Shown: positions 25,982 through 35,118, numbered from the stretch's first letter. The stretch: 64,000 bases of DNA from Desulfobacterales bacterium (GCA_021647905.1 JAKITW010000005.1:181-64180); one strand, 5' to 3'. Numbers and translations are program-made. The notes: generated from the letters alone by a model not told the origin.

Positions 25982-26106
25982 CTCAGGGCCAGGTCAGTGA
26001 CTGTCGGCTTTGCCGATAATTTATATACCTCTGAATTACGGGTAATCGAATGACGAACAATCGAATGACGAACAATCGAGTGACGAATAAAGGGCTGTAG
26101 CGGACC
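25982..26106 (+). repeat. family-C intergenic repeat, copy 1, containing 3 tandem 15-bp units
   Basis: Aligns with 54339-54433 (CTCAGGGCC.GGTCAGTG...CGAACAATCGAGTGACGAATAAAGGGCTGTA.CGG.CC). Tandem units ATCGAATGACGAACA / ATCGAATGACGAACA / ATCGAGTGACGAATA lie at 26045-26089. Confidence 0.8.
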
Positions 26107-26161
26107 GTCATAGATGCGGCGTCCGGGGAGACGGACGTGACTTCAAGCCAGGGAGGGCGAT

Positions 26162-26404
26162 ATGCTGGTATTAACCAGAAAGGCAGGGCAAGGCATTGTA
26201 ATCGGCGGAACTATCACCGTAACCGTACTCGAGGTCAAGGGAGGTGGCATTCGAATCGGAATCGATGCGCCGCCGGATAAAAAAATATACCGGCAGGAGG
26301 TCTATGACCGGATCTGCCGGGAAAATGTGGAGGCAGCCAAGTGGAATATTGCCGATCTGGATGTATTGAATCCGAATATCGCAACAACTCATCGGAAAAA
26401 ATGA
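26162..26404 (+). CDS. csrA: carbon storage regulator CsrA
   Basis: 80 aa: MLVLTRKAGQGIVIGGTITVTVLEVKGGGIRIGIDAPPDKKIYRQEVY, the canonical CsrA fold sequence. Confidence 0.95.
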   Translation: MLVLTRKAGQGIVIGGTITVTVLEVKGGGIRIGIDAPPDKKIYRQEVYDRICRENVEAAKWNIADLDVLNPNIATTHRKK

Positions 26405-26850
26405 GTAACAGTAAAATGGCGCAATTGAAAAAAATCAATACCCGGTTCGGCGAGGTGGAGTATGATCCCGAAAAAACCATCCATTTCCCCATGGGGATGC
26501 TGGGGTTCAAAGACCTGCATGAATACATTGTCATGCCTAACAAAAAGGACGGACCCCTGTTCTGGCTGCAGAGCGTGGAAGACCCGGAGGTGGCCTTTGT
26601 CCTGACCGACCCGACCAACTTCTTTCTCGACTACCGGATCGCGCCGGATAAAAACGAGCAGGCCCGGCTCGCCATGCGGGAAGGTGATGTGTGCCATGTC
26701 CTGTCAGTGGTTACGGTGCAGCCCGACCGCAAGGTCACCTTGAATCTGCAGGCCCCGATCCTTTATGCGCCGGCCGCCAACCGAGCCCTGCAGATTATCC
26801 TTGATAATTCACCCTACGGGGTCCGCACCCCCCTGCCGGAGATGGAATAA
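26401..26850 (+). CDS. fliW: flagellar assembly factor FliW (CsrA antagonist)
   Basis: ATG at 26401 overlaps the csrA stop (ATGA). FliW blocks: INTRFGEVEYDPEKTIHFPMGMLGF...FWLQSVEDPEVAFVLTDP...TLNLQAPILYAP. Confidence 0.9.
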   Translation: MSNSKMAQLKKINTRFGEVEYDPEKTIHFPMGMLGFKDLHEYIVMPNKKDGPLFWLQSVEDPEVAFVLTDPTNFFLDYRIAPDKNEQARLAMREGDVCHVLSVVTVQPDRKVTLNLQAPILYAPAANRALQIILDNSPYGVRTPLPEME

Positions 26851-26948
26851 ACCCGGCCGGCCCTGGCCCCTGTCCGGGAACGATGACTTTCCGGGGGGGC
26901 GCCACCTTCGCTGGCCCGGCCAGGGGCAAGGACTGCGAAAAAAATAAT

Positions 26949-26976
26949 TAAAGTTTTCCCCCATGCCTGCCGATAA
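26949..26976 (+). promoter_or_regulatory. sigma-28 (FliA) promoter of the flagellin gene
   Basis: TAAAGTTT-N12-GCCGATAA: both hexamer/octamer elements match the consensus perfectly, and the spacer is 1 nt longer than consensus. About 155 nt upstream of the flagellin ATG. Confidence 0.75.
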
Positions 26977-27089
26977 CAGATAAACCCAACCCTCAACCCG
27001 GAACGGATAAAACTAAAAAAATAAAGGAGGTGAGTGCCGGCGAGTCAAGCAAAACAGAGCAGACAAGGCAATAAAACAGGTTAGTTACA

Positions 27090-27124
27090 GGGCAAGGATG
27101 CCCGCGCAAAAACTTCAAGGAGGA
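27090..27124 (+). promoter_or_regulatory. putative CsrA binding sites in the flagellin 5' leader
   Basis: Hairpin GGGCA-AGGA-TGCCC (27090-27103) presents GGA in its loop. A second GGA lies in the SD region CAAGGAGGA (27116-27124). This is the same two-site layout as CsrA-controlled flagellin leaders. Confidence 0.5.
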
Positions 27125-27129
27125 TTACC

Positions 27130-28719
27130 ATGTCGTTAATAGTCAACACCAACATTGGTTCATTAAACGCCCAGAACAATCTAGCCAAATCACAGAAATC
27201 ACTTGCCACCTCAATGGCACGCCTCTCCTCGGGTCTGCGGATCAACAGCGCCAAGGACGATGCCGCCGGCCTGGCCATCTCCAACCGGATGACCTCCCAG
27301 ATCCGCGGTTTGAATCAGGCGGCCCGGAACGCCAACGACGGTATTTCCCTGGCCCAGACCGCTGAAGGCGCCCTGAGTGAATCAACCAACATCCTGCAGC
27401 GGCTCCGCGAACTGGCGGTGCAGTCGGCCAATGACACCAACACCTCATCGGACCGCGCCTCCCTGCAGTCCGAGGTCTCCCAACTGGTTTCCGAACTCGA
27501 CCGGATCGCCACCACCACCACCTTTAACGGCAAGAACCTGCTGGACGGCACCCTGCAGTCCGCCTCGTTCCACGTTGGCGCCAATGCCAACCAGACCATC
27601 TCGCTGTCAATCTCCGGGGCGCGGAGCGCGCAACTCGGCGCCCTGGCAACGGGCTCATCCGATGTCAGCCAGACCGCGACAGCAACTGAGACCGGCACCG
27701 CGGCTCTTATGACCCAGACAACCACCACCTATACCGGGGTCAATACCGCTGCCATTACCGCGGGTGATCTTACCATCAACGGTACGGATATTGCCGCGAC
27801 CACGGCCGAGGATGCGGCCGCGGGCAAGACGATCGGCAGCGCCTATGCCAAGGCCGCGGCCATCAATTCGAGCGGCGTCGATGGGGTGACGGCCACGGCC
27901 AGCACCACCAAGACCTTCACCGACCTGGCAACCGGGGTGTTTCTTGACAACAATATAATTGACGGTGCCACCGATGGTTCAGCAGTTTACACCCTGACCA
28001 TCAACGGGGACGACGTCTTTACCCAGACCTTCACCTATGGTACGGCTGATGTCACCATTGATTCGATCGTCACCAGCATCAACAACAACACCGCCGATAC
28101 CGGGGTGGTGGCCAGCAAGAACGGGTCCAACGACCTGGTGCTTACTGCGGCCGACGGCCGGGACATCATCATCAAGGATTCCTTTAACTATACCGAAGCA
28201 ACCGATGTTGCCGACGAAATAAAAACCGTATTTAACACCTTTCTGGCAACCGGCGGCGGCGGTGTGGATGAAACAGGCGTGCATACCGCACAGCAGACCT
28301 GGGGCGGTTCGGTAGCCCTTTCCTCAACCGCGGACATCAGCTTCGGCGGCACTGTGGGCGGCGCCCTGCTTGGCCGTTCCGGCGGGATATCCATTAACCT
28401 CAACAACAATATTTCCACTGTGGATATCTCCACCGCGGCCGGCGCCAACAGCGCTATTGACGTTATTGACGCGGCCCTGGGCACTATCGACTCCACACGC
28501 GGCGCCCTCGGTGCGGTGCAGAACCGTTTCGAGTCGACCATCGCCAACCTGACCAATGTTGCCGAAAACCTGACCGCGGCCCGTTCGCGGATCATGGATG
28601 CCGACATTGCCATGGAAACCGCGGCCATGACCAAGGCGAACATCCTGCAGCAGGCCGGGGTCGCCATTCTGGCCCAGGCCAACCAGACACCATCGCTTGC
28701 CCTGTCGCTGCTGCAATAG
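27130..28719 (+). CDS. fliC: flagellin
   Basis: 529 aa. N-terminus [54 protein letters not shown]; C-terminus [41 protein letters not shown]. Long T/A/G-rich variable central domain. Confidence 0.95.
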   Translation: MSLIVNTNIGSLNAQNNLAKSQKSLATSMARLSSGLRINSAKDDAAGLAISNRMTSQIRGLNQAARNANDGISLAQTAEGALSESTNILQRLRELAVQSANDTNTSSDRASLQSEVSQLVSELDRIATTTTFNGKNLLDGTLQSASFHVGANANQTISLSISGARSAQLGALATGSSDVSQTATATETGTAALMTQTTTTYTGVNTAAITAGDLTINGTDIAATTAEDAAAGKTIGSAYAKAAAINSSGVDGVTATASTTKTFTDLATGVFLDNNIIDGATDGSAVYTLTINGDDVFTQTFTYGTADVTIDSIVTSINNNTADTGVVASKNGSNDLVLTAADGRDIIIKDSFNYTEATDVADEIKTVFNTFLATGGGGVDETGVHTAQQTWGGSVALSSTADISFGGTVGGALLGRSGGISINLNNNISTVDISTAAGANSAIDVIDAALGTIDSTRGALGAVQNRFESTIANLTNVAENLTAARSRIMDADIAMETAAMTKANILQQAGVAILAQANQTPSLALSLLQ

Positions 28720-28749
28720 AGGACCGGCAGGTTAATTAAATCATGACCA

Positions 28750-28777
28750 GGGAAGCCGGGATAATTCCCGGCTTCCC
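28750..28777 (+). terminator. stem-loop downstream of flagellin (terminator-like, no U tract)
   Basis: Perfect 12-bp stem GGGAAGCCGGGA-TAAT-TCCCGGCTTCCC, 31 nt after the stop codon. Confidence 0.5.
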
Positions 28778-28884
28778 GCCATGACTTATTTAATCAAAGA
28801 CGTGACGGGAAAAGGTTGATCAATGCGTGTCTGTTGCGCGTAACGACTTTTACCGCCGCGATCGACTTATGGTGAGGATAGCCA

Positions 28885-29232
28885 ATGAAGATCGAAGCAA
28901 TCGCTCTCGCCGGTGCCGGTCTCAAGGTTGAGCAGCCGGCCGCGGAAAAGATCGACGAGCAACGCAAGGCACCTGAATTGTCTGTTGCCGGGCCGGAACA
29001 GGACCGGAGCAAGGTCGCCCCGGAAGAGATACTCTCGAAGATCAAGGACCTTACCGAGGACGGGGTCTACAGCATCCGGTTTGAGATGAACAAGGAAATA
29101 GAAAAACTGATCATCAAGGTTGTTGATAAGGAAAGCGGCGAACTGATCCGCCAGATCCCGCCGGAGGAATTGATTACCGCCTCGGAGCGGATGCGGGATT
29201 ACCGCGGGCTGATCATTGAAACCGAAAGCTGA
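28885..29232 (+). CDS. flaG: flagellar protein FlaG
   Basis: 115 aa with the FlaG signature SIRFEMNKEIEKLIIKVVDKESGELIRQIPPEELI. Located between flagellin and fliD. Confidence 0.85.
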   Translation: MKIEAIALAGAGLKVEQPAAEKIDEQRKAPELSVAGPEQDRSKVAPEEILSKIKDLTEDGVYSIRFEMNKEIEKLIIKVVDKESGELIRQIPPEELITASERMRDYRGLIIETES

Positions 29233-29275
29233 CCCGATGCCGGCAATTTCGTAAGTCGGCAGGGAGGATGAACCT

Positions 29276-30745
29276 ATGAGCATCAGTTTTGGCGGCCTGG
29301 CCACCGGCCTGGACACCACCGCTATAATCGAATCGATCATGGGTGTTGAACGGCGGCCGATCATCCGGCTGGAGGCGGACAAGGCCTATTTCAACAGCCG
29401 TCTTAACGCCTTTACCGACCTCAATACCAGGCTGACCTCCCTGTTAAGCAATATCAAGACCCTGGCCGATTCCACGGGACTGCAGCCCAGAAGCGCCACC
29501 CTGAGTTCAACGGATTTTATCAGCGCCTCGGTTGCCGACACCGCGGCAACAGGCAATTATGAAATCAAGGCCCACTCGCTCGCCCAGGTGGAAAAACTGG
29601 TCAGCGATACCGGTCTGTTCGCTGACAAGGACACCACCACCTACAAGACCGGCACCCTGAACCTGACCGTCGGCACTACCCTTACCAGTATCACCATCGA
29701 CGACACGAATAATACCCTGGCCGGTATTGCCCAGGCCATTAACGATGCCGGCGCCGGGGTGTCCGCCACCATCATCAACGACGGCACCGCAACAAATCCT
29801 TACCGGCTGGTCCTGGCCGGTGACAGCGTACCGGACACGGTTCCGGATTACACGGCCCTTGACCCCGACGACCCGGACGGGGCTGACAATATTCTGGGGA
29901 CGGCCGACGATAACACCTATATCGTTTTTGACGCCTCAGGGCTGACCGTGGGCACTGACAGCGATTTTGCCCCCACCTTTACCCTGGCCCAACAGGCCCG
30001 GAAGGCCCACATCGAGGTTGACAACATTGACATTTACGGCACCACCAACAGGTTTACCGAGGCCATCCCCGATGTGACCCTTACCATTGACGCTGCTGAT
30101 GGCGGCGCCACCATCACCAACCTGGCCGTCAACCTGGACCAGGCAGCATTGAAAAGCAGGATACAGGAGTTTGCCTCGGGATATAACAGTGTGATGGCCT
30201 TTATCAACGATCAATCCACCCATGGCGATGATACTGCCGGGATCCTCAGCGGCGATTCGACCCTTGCCATGGTCAAACGCCGCCTGCAGGGGTTGCTCAC
30301 CACCCGGGTGGACGGCAACCTGTCCATACCAACCCTTTCCGGACTCGGACTGGAAACCCAGCGGGACGGTTCCCTGACCCTGGATGACTCCATCCTTACC
30401 AATGCCATCAACAATAACCTGGACGAGGTGGTGACCCTGCTGGCCGGCAGCGGCTCGGGCGCTTCGGCGGTTGAAGGAGTGGGCAGCCGTTTTCAGGAAT
30501 ATCTTGAGGGTATTACCAGTAGTACGGATGGATTTCTGGCTGTCCGGCAAAAAAGCTATGATGACAATATCAGCCGGATGAACAACGATATCGCCAGGCT
30601 TGAATTACGTCTTATAAAACGGGAAGAGACCCTGAACAAGCAATACGTGGCCCTGGAACAGTTGATGAGCGTGTTTAACGCCCAGAGCAGTTACCTGACC
30701 CAGCAGATGCAATACATGAGCAACCTATGGAGCAGACATAAATGA
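29276..30745 (+). CDS. fliD: flagellar filament cap protein FliD
   Basis: 489 aa. N-terminus ISFGGLATGLDTTAIIESIMGVERRPI; C-terminal coiled coil EETLNKQYVALEQLMSVFNAQSSYLTQQM. Confidence 0.9.
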   Translation: MSISFGGLATGLDTTAIIESIMGVERRPIIRLEADKAYFNSRLNAFTDLNTRLTSLLSNIKTLADSTGLQPRSATLSSTDFISASVADTAATGNYEIKAHSLAQVEKLVSDTGLFADKDTTTYKTGTLNLTVGTTLTSITIDDTNNTLAGIAQAINDAGAGVSATIINDGTATNPYRLVLAGDSVPDTVPDYTALDPDDPDGADNILGTADDNTYIVFDASGLTVGTDSDFAPTFTLAQQARKAHIEVDNIDIYGTTNRFTEAIPDVTLTIDAADGGATITNLAVNLDQAALKSRIQEFASGYNSVMAFINDQSTHGDDTAGILSGDSTLAMVKRRLQGLLTTRVDGNLSIPTLSGLGLETQRDGSLTLDDSILTNAINNNLDEVVTLLAGSGSGASAVEGVGSRFQEYLEGITSSTDGFLAVRQKSYDDNISRMNNDIARLELRLIKREETLNKQYVALEQLMSVFNAQSSYLTQQMQYMSNLWSRHK

Positions 30746-31197
30746 ACCATTATCCGCGCCAGTATCAGAATACCCAGGTAAACACCTCCTCGCCGGAACA
30801 GCTTCTGATCATGCTGTATGACGGCGCCATCCGCTTTGTCCGCCAGGCCCAGGAAGCAATGGCCGCCGGCAACAGGAAGACGAGGCTGGAGAAAATCAGC
30901 AAGGCGATGGCCATTATCTGTGAGTTGGCAAATACCCTTGACCACGGGGCTGGCGGGGAAATCGCCGGCAATCTTGACCGGCTCTACGAATTCATGAACC
31001 GGGAACTGCTGCAGGCCAATGTCCACCACGATGCGGAGCGGCTCGTCCGGGTCGGAGAGATGTTGACCGGGCTGCGCGATACCTGGAGGCAGGCGATTGA
31101 GCAGGTCCAGGCCGCGGGGGCCGCGGCCAAGGGAAAGAGGGAGGGGCGGGCCGGCGCGGCCGCGGATAGTCCCAAATCCCTGTCAATAGCTTTGTGA
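30742..31197 (+). CDS. fliS: flagellin-specific chaperone FliS
   Basis: 151 aa: YQNTQVNTSSPEQLLIMLYDGAIRFVRQA...NLDRLYEFMNRELLQANV. Confidence 0.9.
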   Translation: MNHYPRQYQNTQVNTSSPEQLLIMLYDGAIRFVRQAQEAMAAGNRKTRLEKISKAMAIICELANTLDHGAGGEIAGNLDRLYEFMNRELLQANVHHDAERLVRVGEMLTGLRDTWRQAIEQVQAAGAAAKGKREGRAGAAADSPKSLSIAL

Positions 31198-31616
31198 GAC
31201 GGGTTATGAAAGGGCTTGGGGATCTGTTGGTTGCGGCGATAACGCGCTACCAGGCGGTGCTTGGGGCATTGGCGGCCCTGGACCTGGCGGGAAACCTGGG
31301 GGCGGGCGCCCGGCTGCCGGCCCTGGCCGCGGAGCTGACCGCACACCTGGCCGCGGCCAGGGAATCGGACCTGGCCCTGCGGGAATCCCTTGACACAACC
31401 GGTTCCTCCTCCTTCCACCACCTGCCCCTGCTGCGGGAATACCAGGACCTGTTGCAGCAGGTCGCCGCCCGGAACCAGGATCTGCTCGACCGGGCCCGCA
31501 CCCATCTCGCCCTGGTCGGGTCTGATCTTGCTGAACTCAAGGACGGCAAGACGGTGTTGTCCGGTTACCGGGCGCCGTCCGAACAGCGCGGCCGGAAACT
31601 GAGTAAAAGCTGTTGA
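31194..31616 (+). CDS. hypothetical helical protein (FliT-like position)
   Basis: 140-aa Ala/Leu-rich helical ORF overlapping the fliS stop, with GTG at 31194 or ATG at 31206 as start. I recognise no diagnostic motif, so the call rests on position only. Confidence 0.4.
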   Translation: MRRVMKGLGDLLVAAITRYQAVLGALAALDLAGNLGAGARLPALAAELTAHLAAARESDLALRESLDTTGSSSFHHLPLLREYQDLLQQVAARNQDLLDRARTHLALVGSDLAELKDGKTVLSGYRAPSEQRGRKLSKSC

Positions 31617-31778
31617 TTTAATCGCGGTATTGTATTCTGATGGGTGTTCCGGGAGTCGTGGTTGTTGTCTTTCGGTTGAAGTTGTAACCTGTTCAGGGCC
31701 AGGCGGGCCGGCGAGACCCCGGCGGGGGCGCTTGAACGGGTAGCTGCGGTCGAGCTTCAGAAGTATCGGAGGGGTAGA

Positions 31779-32462
31779 GTGATCAGCAGTAAAATCAGAG
31801 AGTTTTTTTCAACGCCCCGCCCGGCGCAGGCCAGCTTGCCCAGCCAGGGGCAGGGCTCCACCCGCTTGTCCTGCCAGTTGTTGATCAAACCCCCGAACCT
31901 GCTCATGGCGCATTTTCCCAATGCGTCCTTCACCCCGTTGTCATTCGACCCGACCGGCACGGTTTTCTGCTACTGTGCCGGGACCGATACGGTTTTTCAT
32001 CTCTATTCCCGGATCGACAAGATCACCGGCGAGCAGGACCTGCAGATGATCGTTGTGGAGGCCTTTTCCTACCCGCAACTGCGGCGGTTCTTCCGGGTTG
32101 ATGCCGAGGTGTTCCTGAAGTGTCGTCCGTTGCGGGCCGCGGCGGCGGCGCCGGCTGAGGCAAAACGGACAAGGGTCAACCTGAGCGCGGTCGGCCTGCG
32201 TTTCCAGACGATCCAGCCCTTTAACCAGGGGGAACAGGTGGACATTGAAATGCAACTGCCCGGGGAGCCGCCCGAGCTGATCCATTGCCTCGGCCGGGTG
32301 ATGCGGAGCGGTTCCGGCAAGGATAACCGGAGCCGGGAGGTGGCCATCGACCTGGTGGAGATCCCGGTCGAGGCGCAGGATAAGATCATCAAGTTCTGCC
32401 TGATAGAGCAGCGGCGTCAGATCCGGCTCAAGGTCCAGGTCCTTGATCCGGGAGTGATATGA
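31779..32462 (+). CDS. PilZ domain c-di-GMP receptor (possible YcgR-like flagellar brake)
   Basis: PilZ motifs RRFFR (RxxxR) and NLSAVG (D/NxSxxG) are present in the C-terminal half. The start codon is uncertain (GTG at 31779). Follows the flagellar filament genes. Confidence 0.7.
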   Translation: MISSKIREFFSTPRPAQASLPSQGQGSTRLSCQLLIKPPNLLMAHFPNASFTPLSFDPTGTVFCYCAGTDTVFHLYSRIDKITGEQDLQMIVVEAFSYPQLRRFFRVDAEVFLKCRPLRAAAAAPAEAKRTRVNLSAVGLRFQTIQPFNQGEQVDIEMQLPGEPPELIHCLGRVMRSGSGKDNRSREVAIDLVEIPVEAQDKIIKFCLIEQRRQIRLKVQVLDPGVI

Positions 32463-32498
32463 TCCTTGATCCGTGAGTCTCTGCCAGCCCCCCCGGGC

Positions 32499-33491
32499 TC
32501 AGGAACAACCGATTTCCGCCCGCATGATTCCGGGGCCGGGGAAGATCGTTGCCAGGCCCTTGGGCCGCGGCCGGGAGTAGATTTCCGTGCGGTTGCGGCC
32601 TTTTCGTTTCCCGGCATACAGGGCCGTGTCGGCCTGTTCGAGAAGGCTCTGGGCGTCGAGATCCCGCAGGTCAGGGCAACTGAGGCCAATGGTTGCGGAG
32701 ATCTTGACCTGTTTCTCCGCTGCAATGCATGTCACTCCCTGGAGATTCCGGCGAATGCGATCGGCCAGAACAATGGCCGCCGGTGCGTCGGTTTCCGGAA
32801 GAATGAGCACAAATTCCTCGCCACTGTACCGGCAGACGATATCGGGCCGGCGGCAGGTCACCTTAAAGCTCTCGGCCACCAGCTGCAGGACCCGGTCACC
32901 GACCTGATGGCCAAAGGTGTCGATGATCCGCTTGAAGTGGTCCAGATCAACCAGTAACAGTGAGATGGGTTGACCGGTGCGTTTGCTGCGGGTGACCTCG
33001 TTTTCAAGGGCCATGTCAAAGTAGGCCCGGTTGTAGAGGCCGGTCAGCATATCGGTCAATGCCACCCGGGCCAGGCGTTTGTTGGCCTTGCGCAACCTGG
33101 TCAGCCGTTCCCTCAGATTGAGATGGGTTTTGACCCGGGCCTGACATTCCGCGACTGGTAATTGCCAGGGAAGACAGTCGGCCGCGCCGTGCTCAAGGGC
33201 GGTCAGGCTGGCGAGCAGCTGATTTTTTTCGGTCATCACCAGTACCGGCAGTTCCGGCCAGGCATCATGTTGTTGTATTGTCCGCAGGAAGGTAAAGAGG
33301 CCGGCGGTATCGTTTTCCGACCAGGCGTAAAATACCGCGTCTGCCGGCGATTGCTCCAGCAGATCCAGGGCGCTGGCCTCGTCGGAGCAGACCCGCAGGT
33401 CCTTGAACAGGCCCCAGCCTTCCAGGGTACACCGGCAGTCGTTGGCCCGGGATCGCGGTAATTCGTGGGATATAAACAATGCAGTCGACAT
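32499..33491 (-). CDS. receiver-like domain / GGDEF diguanylate cyclase
   Basis: 330 aa. The C-terminal GGDEF domain has the active-site variant SGEEF and an RxxD I-site (RRPD) 5 residues upstream. The N-terminal CheY-like fold lacks the acidic pocket and acceptor Asp. Confidence 0.85.
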   Translation of the reverse strand: MSTALFISHELPRSRANDCRCTLEGWGLFKDLRVCSDEASALDLLEQSPADAVFYAWSENDTAGLFTFLRTIQQHDAWPELPVLVMTEKNQLLASLTALEHGAADCLPWQLPVAECQARVKTHLNLRERLTRLRKANKRLARVALTDMLTGLYNRAYFDMALENEVTRSKRTGQPISLLLVDLDHFKRIIDTFGHQVGDRVLQLVAESFKVTCRRPDIVCRYSGEEFVLILPETDAPAAIVLADRIRRNLQGVTCIAAEKQVKISATIGLSCPDLRDLDAQSLLEQADTALYAGKRKGRNRTEIYSRPRPKGLATIFPGPGIMRAEIGCS

Positions 33492-33564
33492 GGCCGCCTC
33501 ACCTTGAGATTAGAAAGAAGTATTTATGCTACTTGTCGGCGTTTGCCGCGGAAACTTTAGCAGT

Positions 33565-33592
33565 TAATTTTTCGCCGGGCCTTGGCTGATAA
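33565..33592 (+). promoter_or_regulatory. candidate sigma-28 promoter upstream of the FliK-like/FlhB-CTD pair
   Basis: TAATTTTT-N12-GCTGATAA (6/8 and 7/8 matches to consensus), 33 nt upstream of the ORF start at 33625. Confidence 0.35.
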
Positions 33593-33624
33593 AGAAATCC
33601 GCTGATTCAGCCGAAAAGAGAGTT

Positions 33625-34647
33625 ATGAGCACTATTACCCCGATTACGCCGAATATTCCGTTGCCGGCGGCCCAGGCAGGCTTCACCCCGCGGGAGAGCC
33701 GCGAGCAGCAGTTGCGGGTTGACCAGGTGGTCCGGGCCACGGTCAGCGAAGGCGGTCATGAGCGGGTGTGGCTGAATATCGGCCGCCAGCGCTTTCTGGC
33801 GAAAACGGAAATTCCTCTCAAGACCGGGATGAACCTGACGCTCCTGGTGAGCAGGACCAGCCCTCGCCTGGAGTTCCAGGTGCTGGCGGACCCTCTTGAC
33901 AGCCGCATCCGGCAGAAACTCCATCTGCTCGAAGGACCCTGGTCCCTTGACGGGCTGTCGGCGTTGATGTCCGACCCGGAGGTGTCAAGCCCCGGCAGTC
34001 GTGAGGTCTGGGCCAGGTTCCTGGAGCTGCGGGGGGCCGCCGACCAGGCCGTTGCCGGTGAACTGGCCCGGCTGTCGGCCCGGCTCGGCCTGGATTACGA
34101 GGCCCTGCTTGCGCAAGGGCAGGCCGCTGGCGCGGCAACAACCCTGAAACGGCTGCTGGAAGATGCCCGGAAGTCCGGCAACAGGCCGGAAAAAGAGTCG
34201 AGTTGCGAAAAGATCGAATCTTTTTCCGGCCTTTTTGAACTGTGGCAATTGATCCGTTTGAAGCTGGCGCAGCGGTCGGTTGAGTTCCAGCCCCTGCCGC
34301 TGCCCCGGATCGAGCAGGGATTTCTGCTCGCCGAGCGCGGCGAGGGTGCCGTGCCTGATGACAAGGGGAAGGATGAACGTTCCTGGAGGGTTACTGTACA
34401 CCTGCAAATGTCCGGTATTGGGCCGCTCCAGGTAGATTTCCTCTGGGAGCGGTCCGGCCTGTTCCTGCGTTTCCATTGTGCAACCCAGGCGCAGGCCAGC
34501 TTCCTGTCCGGCCGCCGGGCGGAACTGGGCCGGTCGGTTACGGCCCTGCCGCTGAAGGGCGCCGCCTTTTCCGTGGGGGCGCCGGCGCCGGCAACTGTTC
34601 TGGCGCAACTCCTGGCCGGTGACGGCGTGCTTGATGAAAGGGTTTAG
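33625..34647 (+). CDS. FliK-like (hook-length control C-terminal domain-like) protein, second copy
   Basis: 340 aa. N-terminus QLRVDQVVRATVSEGGHERVWLNIGRQRFLAKTEIPLKTGMNLTLLV and C-terminus WRVTVHLQMSGIGPLQVDFLWERSGLFLRFHC resemble the FliK-like partner of YlqH-type genes. It immediately precedes the FlhB-CTD gene. Confidence 0.6.
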   Translation: MSTITPITPNIPLPAAQAGFTPRESREQQLRVDQVVRATVSEGGHERVWLNIGRQRFLAKTEIPLKTGMNLTLLVSRTSPRLEFQVLADPLDSRIRQKLHLLEGPWSLDGLSALMSDPEVSSPGSREVWARFLELRGAADQAVAGELARLSARLGLDYEALLAQGQAAGAATTLKRLLEDARKSGNRPEKESSCEKIESFSGLFELWQLIRLKLAQRSVEFQPLPLPRIEQGFLLAERGEGAVPDDKGKDERSWRVTVHLQMSGIGPLQVDFLWERSGLFLRFHCATQAQASFLSGRRAELGRSVTALPLKGAAFSVGAPAPATVLAQLLAGDGVLDERV

Positions 34648-34652
34648 ATGAG

Positions 34653-34934
34653 ATGATGGACGATGGGGCGAAATTAACCAGGGCCGTGGCGCTCCGCTAT
34701 GATCGCGGCAATGATGGCGCGCCCCGGGTGGTGGCCGGCGGTCAGGGGGAGGTTGCGCTGCACATCCTGGAACTGGCCCGGGAGGCCGGGGTCCATGTGA
34801 CCGAGGATACCGGATTACTTGAACTGCTGGCCCGGGTGCCGCTCGGTTCGGAAATCCCGGCCGAGCTTTATCAGGCCGTTGCCGAGGTATTGTCTTTCGT
34901 GTACCAGCTCAACAAGGAGGTAAACATTCAGTAA
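34653..34934 (+). CDS. FlhB C-terminal domain-like protein (YlqH/FhlB family)
   Basis: 93 aa: AVALRYDRGNDGAPRVVAGGQGEVALHILELAREAGVHVTEDTGLLELL...IPAELYQAVAEVLSFVY. This parallels the C-terminus of FlhB at 11146-12207 (PQVVAKGGDLVAARIREIAGNNGVPLVENVPVARAL...ELFLAVAEILAYVY), but no NPTH/NPTQ site is present. Confidence 0.85.
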   Translation: MMDDGAKLTRAVALRYDRGNDGAPRVVAGGQGEVALHILELAREAGVHVTEDTGLLELLARVPLGSEIPAELYQAVAEVLSFVYQLNKEVNIQ

Positions 34935-35118
34935 ACCCCCTCCTGTCGGGAAAGGGGTCTTCTTCTACCAACGGCCGCTCCATTGAGAAGGGCCGGCTGT
35001 TCATAAACAGGCTATCAAACAGGAACTCGCTTCGCCGCGGCGGCGATTCGGAAGCCATAAGCATATCATGCCGAAGTTGTTTCAATTTCCGTTTTTGCCG
35101 TCACGGCCGCGGCTCAGG

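Noticed and set aside
26012-26019. Perfect GCCGATAA octamer upstream of csrA, considered as a sigma-28 promoter.
   Set aside because: Not promoted to a feature. The corresponding -35 position reads GTCAGTGA (no TAAA). The octamer also lies inside the family-C repeat, whose other copy reads GCTGGTAG at that position. It remains a weak candidate only.
26045-26089. Tandem 15-bp units, and the 7-bp array at 54511-54547, considered as a possible CRISPR array.
   Set aside because: The units are directly adjacent with no spacers and are far shorter than CRISPR repeats (typically 24-48 bp). There are only 3-5 copies, and no cas genes are in the window.
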